Assembly (NCBI RefSeq): GCF_001194135.2
Contig: NC_068999.1
Coordinates: forward strand, 51,118,855-51,182,476
Length of the DNA: 63,622 nt
Origin: Octopus bimaculoides
Lineage: Eukaryota
Direction of reading: 5' to 3'
Notes under the pieces: generated by a model
The model's database searches: none
What the model was told of the DNA's origin: nothing
Seen by the model: only the letters and a program-made list of their open reading frames with translations
Shown here: piece by piece, positions 55,222-63,622 of the stretch
How positions within the stretch are numbered: the first letter of the stretch is position 1
Layout: each line of letters starts with the position of its first letter
Made by a program: the position numbers and the translations under genes

Positions 55222-55357
55222 CGTATAGGTTGCATGGTAAGAAGTTTGCTTTACAATCGCATGTATCCGGGTTCAGTTCCAGTACCTGGCACATTGGACA
55301 AGTGTCTTCTATTATAGTCTCGGGCCAAGCAAAGACTTCTAAGTGGATATGATAGAT
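55222..55357 (+). mobile_element. SINE family C
   Basis: GGTAAGAAGTTTGCTT...CCGGGTTCAGTTCC...GGACAAGTGTCTTCTATTATAGTCTCGGGCC. Confidence 0.8.
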
Positions 55358-57205
55358 ATACGAGGGGATGCTAAAGTTCGTGACTTTGGCTGAAAGAAAA
55401 TATAAGAGGATCAATTAATTATGATTCTATTTAACATATTCCGTTCTCAAATCAACACACTTATTGCATCGGCCTTTCAGTTTTTCTAAGCCCTACAAAA
55501 AGTACTCGGAATGTTGGGCCTCCAACCAGGCCTTTCGAGACACCCTGAAAGCCAGGGATTTTCATCATATAACGTTAGGAAGATTGCGGAATGCGATTTA
55601 GACTTGAAATGACTACTGCTAATTTCATTCCTCTCGACAAAATGGTATGCACTGCTATGTTCAGATAACAATCTTCTTACTACTTAACACCGTTATTTCT
55701 GTTTGGAATAAAACAATGGATTATTTCCTTTATTCGAAATATGAGATATTTGTTAAGGAGAACAACTAAATTCTTAGTCAATGCGGGAGGTATTTACAAC
55801 TCGCTTATGTGACAATTTTAATTTCCTTTCTGTCTAGCTGCTGCGTTATCTAAGATGCACCACCTATTAATACTTATACCTGCTGACTGAAATTCAGAAT
55901 AGATGCGTTAAAATATCATCTGAGATAAGCGTCTTTTATGAGAAATTATTAATACTATCTTCGCAATGCATATTCAATATCCGACCAAAACTATATTTTC
56001 TATATCTTACTGGTCGAAAAAACGTATAAGGTCCAACTATAATGCATGGTGCTACTCAGGTAATGTCAATGACCGTAAATGTTTGCTAATCAAAACAAAT
56101 TATTACATATTTTGTTCTTGTTCGTGGGTATGTTATTTCGTGCAGTTTTTAACAAATACATTTAAGTTAGATCATCATTTTATGAAGTGCATCTGTGTCT
56201 CTTCATGTGTTGGTGCATATACATGTTCATGTGTTTATATGAAAGCGCTCGTTTTGCTGTTGTTATTTTTTAAACCTCAGCTCAGTCCTGAGTGACCATG
56301 AATATGAGTAAAATCGTCGAGAATTGGCTACTTCAAACCTTCAGTACAAAATAGGCTGCGCATCCTTCATACTTATATGACCGTGGGTTATTATCCAAGG
56401 AGAATGTTGCCTGTTATTTCTAGCAAGTGAAGTGACAGCGTAGAGATGTCACTCTTTAACTCATGTGTCTGTCTGACTGTATATTTACATGCGTATAGCT
56501 TCGATGGTGAGATAATTGCACGTAATATAAAAAGCATGTTTCTCGTGTAAATTTAGATGTAACGCAGACAATTGTTTAATGGACACATTTTTAGAATACA
56601 CTCAATTGAACTTTGATTGAATAACGTAATTGTTTTTAAAAGTGAAAGAATAAAATTCAACGTATACAGCATTCGAGACTTTCTAAATATTTTCGATAGT
56701 CTCCCACGATAATTGAATGAATGCTTAGAGTAAATAATCCAGCGGAGAGGGAGAATCATGTAGACAGTGAAATTTTATTTTACTAAGAGAAATTTGCTTT
56801 AAAAAAACTAACCAATGATAGCCAGGAAAGATATTATTAGCATAAATTTTGATTGAACATTTAAGCTGTTACACATGAGAACGATAACACAAACCTGAAC
56901 ACCCACATACACGCACACACACACACACATATAAATATGTGTGTGTGCGTGCAATGAGTGCGCGTTCTCTGCTAATGTATTATTCCTTTGTTTTCTACAT
57001 CAAAGACATTTTCAATAAACTTACATGTTCTTGTGTTCCAGCACAATACACTACAAGATGATAATGAAATTGTCTTTTTCAAACCAGATCTATTTTATTA
57101 TTCACTGACTTTATTACAAACATATATAAAGCGGTCCTCACATTGTAAAATTGTTTCCTTTATACGCAAATAAGCATCACTAAAGCAAGCACACAATTGC
57201 ATACA

Positions 57206-57337
57206 TACGATGATGGTAATGATGACGATGACGATGATAATGATGACGATGATGATGATGACGACGACGACGACGACGACGATGACGATTATGATGATGT
57301 GACGATCATGATGATGACGGTCGTGATGACGATGATA

Positions 57338-57368
<31 letters not shown>

Positions 57369-57410
57369 CGACGACGACGACGACGATGATGATGATGATG
57401 ATGATGATGA
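57206..57410. repeat. Compound (GAT)n/(GAC)n microsatellite
   Basis: Directly visible; source of the poly-D/poly-M ORF. Confidence 0.95.
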
Positions 57411-58767
57411 TTTCATTTATTTGCCACTGTTTAAAGAAAACACTATACATAGAATAATCATTTTTTAATCCTAGTTCAGTCAATTAATAAGCTCTTTTAT
57501 TTTGTTTATCGCCTGCGTTACGTTTCGGTCAATTGTTAACGTCCATATTTGTACTTTAAAGTGCATTATGTTGTTATAAAACAATGGCCTCTTCTGGGCG
57601 TATTTGTCTGCTATTTTTATCACTTCTATCGAATGGAGAATTTAATCTGACTCTGGTGCCCGCTTGGATAAAAAAAAAAATCCCTACAAAAGAAAACATC
57701 TTTACGAAGATTGTTCTGTGTGTTCACCATCTGTTTGTATTGGAGATCCCGGCGCGAATGCCAAACAGTACAGCTTGTCATTTCCAAACTTCTGGCAGAT
57801 GTAATTGCGTCCTAGTGCTGTTTTTTTCTCAAAACGGTGCGCAACTGACCCTACTATGCTGTGTAGTCTAGAAAATCAGAAGCAAGCAATGCGCATGCAC
57901 GAAAATAAAAAATATAAAATGGCAACAATTTACCCATCGCACCCTGTATATACCTATATAAATATGTGTGTATACATATACATACGAAAGGCTTTCGTAT
58001 ATATATATATATACATAAGCGAAGATGTTTGCCCGAATATTTTCGTGTTATAACGCCAGGCTTAAAGCATTGGAAGCTTCAAACCAATCGCACTGATATT
58101 CCGTGGTGCGCAGTGGGAATAAACCATAAAGTATGTGGTTGTCAAAGGACTTATAAATCATACAGCCATAGCAGCGACTTATATAAACACAATATTTATG
58201 GTATTCGCACAGAAAATTATTGAAGTCTTAGATATTATTCGCCTACAGACACAGTATTTATTCATAAGACTGACAAACTATGGAATGAAATTTGTGGCAT
58301 AATGTATGTAACGTCATATAGATACAATATTTATTCATTAAGACAATTATGATATTAATATATGGAACGAAATCAAAGACATAATCTAGTATGCACACAT
58401 CATTTCCATTTTTACGTTATTCTTAAGAGAAATTGGCTGGAAGAAAATATTTTGAATTAAGTATGATGTATATATTTCTGACGTATTTGTTTTTCTAATC
58501 TGGCGATCAGTGGGATACCTACTCTACTATACATTACGTTAACTATGGCTTCATGCCAATCAATATGCTCTTTAATCTTATATCAAAATGAGGTAGTAGT
58601 AGTAGTAGTAGTAAAACTTTAGATTTGTAAAATAGTCAACAAAGTAGTCATACTATACATGAAATATATACATTAAGTCTTCGACTTTGTTCCATGCTTA
58701 CAATTTACATCATCTGCTACATAGATTGTTCGTTCAAAGTCTTTTTAATAACTGTAACAATTCTAAA

Positions 58768-58982
58768 ACGGCGAGCTGGCAGAAACGTTAGCACGCCGGG
58801 CGAAATCCTTAGTGGTATTTCGTCTATTTTCATGTTCTTAGTTCAAATTCCGCCGAGCTCAACTTTGCCTTTCGTCCTATCGGGGTCGATAAATTAAGTA
58901 CCAGTTGCGTACCGGGGTCGATCTAATCGACTGGCTCCCTCCCCAAAATGTTAGGCCTTGTGCCTAAAGTAGAAAAGAAAAG
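58768..58982 (+). mobile_element. SINE family A, young full-length copy
   Basis: GGCGAGCTGGCAGAAACGTTAGCACGCCGGGCGAAAT...AGTTCAAATTCCGCCGAG...GGCCTTGTGCCTAAAGTAGAAAAGAA. Confidence 0.92.
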
Positions 58983-59767
58983 AATAGTGCTAACAACGTA
59001 GAAACAAGGTAAAAATGAAGAGAAGTGAACCAGTATTTTCTCATTATCAACTGCTCGAAGTTTCGAACTTGCACCGAATAAACATTACGATGAGTTTTGA
59101 TAGGTTATTATGATACCTATGTGAAGTGCCATCTATATATTTTTTTTCCGTTAGGAACGCTCACACGCAATCACGTTCAACTATACACGGAGGTCAGACA
59201 ATTATTTGGAGTCAAACTTTTAGTCAATAATATAAATTGATAAAATGTGACAAACCTATATCAATGCGCGTGCCTGACAATTGAAAATGAAGTAATATAA
59301 AAGCAAAGCATGTATCTTAGTCACATGAAACAGTTAGATATTTATTGAAGCAGTAAATTCACGAAGATATGAAAGTCGTTTACGTACTCCTAACGTTTAT
59401 ACATGACGCGTTATAAAATGAAAGTTACTTTGAAGCATTTGAAAAGCACGTTGCAATGATGCATTCAATATAAGTTTCTGTGTTGAATGAAACGAAGTGA
59501 AATTAAATATAATATATTAAATTCAAATACACGAACCACAATTAGAAGGGAGAATAAAGCAAAATTAGAAGAGGCGGTTAAGAAAACGTGGGTGATCGCT
59601 TTTATGTGTTTGCAAATAAATGAAAAGTATAATAGAGACGAGGATCATGTGAGGACAATAAGTTATTTTTTGAGAGTTCTATCTGAGTAAAGGAAGTCAA
59701 AACTGTTGGACAGTAATCGAACTTCGAGTACTGTCAATAAAATAAATAGAAAGCTATACCTCACTTC

Positions 59768-59768
<1 letters not shown>

Positions 59769-59798
<30 letters not shown>

Positions 59799-59945
59799 AA
59801 GAAGAAGAAGAAGAAGAAGAAGAAGAAGAAGAAGAAGAAGAAGAAGAAGAAGAAGAAGAAGAAGAAGAAGAAGAAGAAGAAGAAGAAGAAGAAGAAGAAG
59901 AAGAAGAAGAAGAAGAAGAAGAATGATAATAATGATAATAATAAT
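59769..59945. repeat. (AAG)n, ~150 bp, followed by imperfect (AAT/GAT)n
   Basis: Directly visible. Confidence 0.95.
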
Positions 59946-62900
59946 TTCAATGATGTTTTATTAAAATTCCTCGTAAATCGGTTTTAATTGGCTGATGTAC
60001 AGTTTATTACAGAATAGGAAATATACTACAGTGAAATTTTTTTTTTCTGTAAGTTACCACTTCTGTGCATTAATTAGTAAATAGTACTTTGATTTTGATT
60101 TTGATTTTGGCTTTGGGTTGCATCGTGTAAATCATAGAACCGTAAAGTCTGAAGGCGTTATCTTTATGGACTGCGTCTGGAATGAATTATCCAAAAGGGA
60201 GTCATTTTCCAGTACGTTATTATATATGAGAGGAATTTGCTTCAACACATCAGAGATATATGTGCGTTTTACAATGCTTTCACCAACTGCTGGTGTCCTC
60301 TCTAACAGCAGTGGGATTGTGACATTGTAATTCATGTTAGTTCCATATTCATCACATTGCCATACTGGTGTCAAATGACCGATATTTTCGGTGTTAACTC
60401 GCTAACTTATTTCCTTGATTGATACAATTATTGAAGCAAAATAATAGCCGTCACTCGCAAACAAGTAGCGTTTGTAAGCTGTAGCATGCTATACTTAATT
60501 CTTTCAAGTTCGGGAATAATCACAAATATATTTAAATACCCTCTAGCATTTTCATCCATGATGCAACTGCACAAATCTGATGCAGCTTAAACATTTACGG
60601 CCGAATAGCCTGGAGCTATTTTCATTGTACCGCATTGCTCAATGATTCAATGCATATATTTCGTTATTAATGCAGAAGATAATTCGAAGTATAATACGTA
60701 ACCTTGATTATTTAGATTGATTTGGACATTCCTGCTTTATACTTGTGTCGTTTTTCTTCAGTATCCTGTATTGAGAAATGTTGAAATACATTCATATTCT
60801 TCTGAATTGATGCAGGGCAGGAGCAAATCCATACAGGTTTTCGTTGTTGTGTTTTTATTGTTTAAGCTCGAATACTCGCTGTTTGAGAAGATCTTTCAAT
60901 ATACCATTCCAGATATAAACAATCGGAACGTTCTTTAGATGCAGTACGTCCAGAGCCATATATTGTATGTATATATTATTGAGGATGGAGGATATAGTTG
61001 CTAATTCTAACAAATTAAGCTGCCTACATAAAACAGAGTCGTTGGCTTTCATATTGAGTTATAAAAGTAGGAGGAAATTAGCAAATAATATTTAGTAACT
61101 GATAATATCCTTAACAAATGTATATATAATTTCTGTGAACAGACGAATATATACAAGACTTTGAATAATGGGAAATGCGTGAAACCCAACTCACATCATC
61201 CAGATAAAATACAAAGGACAGCGACACACGGAAGTACTTTCAGCGTATCTAGAATATTATAGCCGCACACAGATATATTAAACACATTTTTTAAATCTCC
61301 GCTTTACCTCAACGATTACAGATGTCTCTGCAGCATTTGCTTGCTGCATAGTTTGGCTTGAAAACCAATCTCGTGACGACATATGGCAAGGAAATAAAAC
61401 TAATACGAAGTGGCAAATACTTTTATCTAGTTTAATTGCTATACCAGAAACACAAAGAAGTAAAGTAATTCCAAGGTAAACTAATACTACAAACAAGCAT
61501 CAATGTCCGACACTTCAATATATTGTTAACACAGTGTCCTACAGCAACGATACAAACGTCTTCAGTAATACACAGTTAATGCTTATAAAAATATTTTCAC
61601 CGTTTCAAAACAACAGCACGAAGACCGACAGCCATTAAGCGTACCTTAGTAGAGTCGCTTGGCCTAACACAAATTATAAACGTCTCAATCTCCTCTTAAA
61701 GAAAAGTCCAACCCATGAAATAAACGTTCATATGTATAAAGAAAGATAGGATGGTCAGAAATTCAAAAATTGGTGTTTGATCAGGGATTGTGTAAGGTTA
61801 AGGGACAAGATCAACAATAAACGAGCAGACGATGGCATATTTTTAAATATTTAGTTTTGCTGGAAAGAAGTGTGAAATCTCCTTCAAATGCCACAGACAT
61901 AAATAAGAAAAAGATTGATTCTGTTTTATTCATAAATTCTGTAAATTAGCGAGGATTTCCAAAGCTGCAACAAACTTTGTGCCATGCATAACTGTTTAGA
62001 GATGATCTGGGTTTGAACTACACAGTATATGAACAATCTTAGGAGTATAATCTCTTTAACACAATCCAAACAAACGCTACAAAAATTAACATGCTTTCAG
62101 CAACGGATGAGGCAATACCTTCATTAAACCTAGGCTCTTGCTGGGAAATATATCAAGAAAGATAAGAGTAAAACATAAATAGCTGTAGCAGTGTCACAAA
62201 GAGGAGTCCGCTTTGGTTGCTACCCTTGTGGCTACTAAACAAAACTAGAAATATACGGAATGATTGTTTTGTCTGCTAGAAACAGCAAGCAAATATTTCC
62301 CATATCTTACCTAATGATTTTTAAAAGGCGCATCTATGAGATTATGTAACTCTCTGAAAGCAGGTCGACTTAGATAATTGTACAATACCTTCGATCATAG
62401 GATTACTCGATGAGGGTTTTCCCTGAAGTAAACAACATCAATAAGAGAAGTTTTTTTCCAGGAAGTAGAAGAATATCAAATGACTATAGTCGAGAGCCTT
62501 GTCTATGCGACGCTCTAAGTCGTTAAATCAGTTGGAAAATAAGGAACGATGAAAAGAGATGGAGAAAAAACACTGGAAGAAAATGACTAGAAATTGCTGT
62601 AAATGAATAACATGTATATGAATATTCCTCAATGAGGCAGGGGTACAAAAAAACACAAGAAATACACTTGACAGTAATTATATTCAAATTGTCTTTCCTG
62701 GATATGGAGATACAATACGCATATATTTATGAAGTGCAGGATTTATAATATAATACTGCCATATTGATACCACATTTACATGGTATAAGTAGTCCTATGA
62801 ATAATCATTGTTTAGAAGTTTTGCCGGCGGACTTACAACAGAACGACTGCCGAAAGCTACCTAATGATTAATACAGGATATTAAATTGTCACTGCAAACC

Positions 62901-63243
62901 TAATGAATAAAACACGATATTAAGCGCCAGCACATAACAAATAAATATTAACCATTAGCGTATAACTAAGGCAATCAGATTCTCATATCCCATTAGTTAC
63001 ACGAGTTTCACATATTTCCTAATGCATGAACTGTTCAAGTTGGTGGTCAGTGTAAGATGTCGATTTAATGACACATAACACACGGAAAAGGCTACACGTT
63101 TGGGGAAAGTGTAATATGTTAGTTCATTCCCAAAACTGGATCTCTATTCCGTTTTATAGACACCACGTGGATGACAGAGGAATTCAGTTGAGTGAAAGTG
63201 AACTGCACACTTAAGTGAACGTAGTTAAATAGTGCTTACCAAT

Positions 63244-63361
63244 AAATATGACGCTACACAAAATATGCAAATGTAACGCCACACAAAATATGTAAATATG
63301 CCGCTACACAAAATATGCAAATGTAACACCACACAAAATATGTAAATATGCCGCTACACAA
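63244..63361. repeat. 50-bp tandem repeat made of two diverged 25-bp subunits, ~2.3 copies
   Basis: CGCTACACAAAATATGCAAATGTAA + C[G/A]CCACACAAAATATGTAAATATGC, repeated. Confidence 0.9.
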
Positions 63362-63622
63362 GATACTTTTCTCGTTGCAAGAAGTGTTTCCTTTATCGTT
63401 TATACGCTCTATAGTAAAAATATAAATGCAACGTCTTGAGTAAAACTAAAGACTAACACATCGTAAAATGCCATGGAATAGATTTTCAAGTGTAGAATGA
63501 TGGTGTGAGGATATGAATTTGTATTCGGTCATAAACAGATCGCAATGGTTTCATAAGAATGCGATGTGCTATTATGGTAGCAGATATATATCTGACATGT
63601 ATATATATATATATATATATAT

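Noticed and set aside
58589-58612. TGAGGTAGTAG matches the first 11 nt of let-7
   Set aside because: It continues as an (AGT)n microsatellite, lacks the let-7 3' half and has no complementary star arm.
60132-60200. LLDNS...ITPSDF resembles mariner LHDNA...LAPSDY motifs
   Set aside because: Motif spacing is far shorter than in mariner transposases, and no TIRs or other catalytic residues are present.
61278-61496. ORF with VYLGI and EVKRRF resembling RTE RT motifs
   Set aside because: The two motifs are about 55 residues apart instead of roughly 15, and no other RT motifs lie nearby.

Overview
AT-rich, repeat-saturated eukaryotic genomic scaffold with 12 N-gaps, nearly all bordered by (TA)n. 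The short repeats resemble the tRNA-derived SINEs I associate with cephalopod (Octopus-like) genomes; that taxon call is recognition, not a database result. I found no recognisable protein-coding gene. Almost every ORF in the supplied track is a translated microsatellite or crosses an N-gap, so the window looks intronic or intergenic. Supported content: (1) many SINE copies in four working families, named A-D here; (2) decayed non-LTR retrotransposon remnants, one RTE-like RT and two R4/Dong-like zinc-knuckle/RLE fragments; (3) a 122-bp Tc1/mariner-type MITE with TA TSD; (4) a candidate solo LTR; (5) many di-, tri- and tetranucleotide microsatellites. The most interesting signal is a family of ~200-bp microsatellite-embedded elements carrying a minimal type-I hammerhead-ribozyme fold (Penelope/retrozyme-like). 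Two full motifs show alternative sequences in their stems, and two copies sit inside the microsatellite linker of a recurring composite C-linker-B SINE. SINE and LINE boundaries were judged by eye and are approximate.
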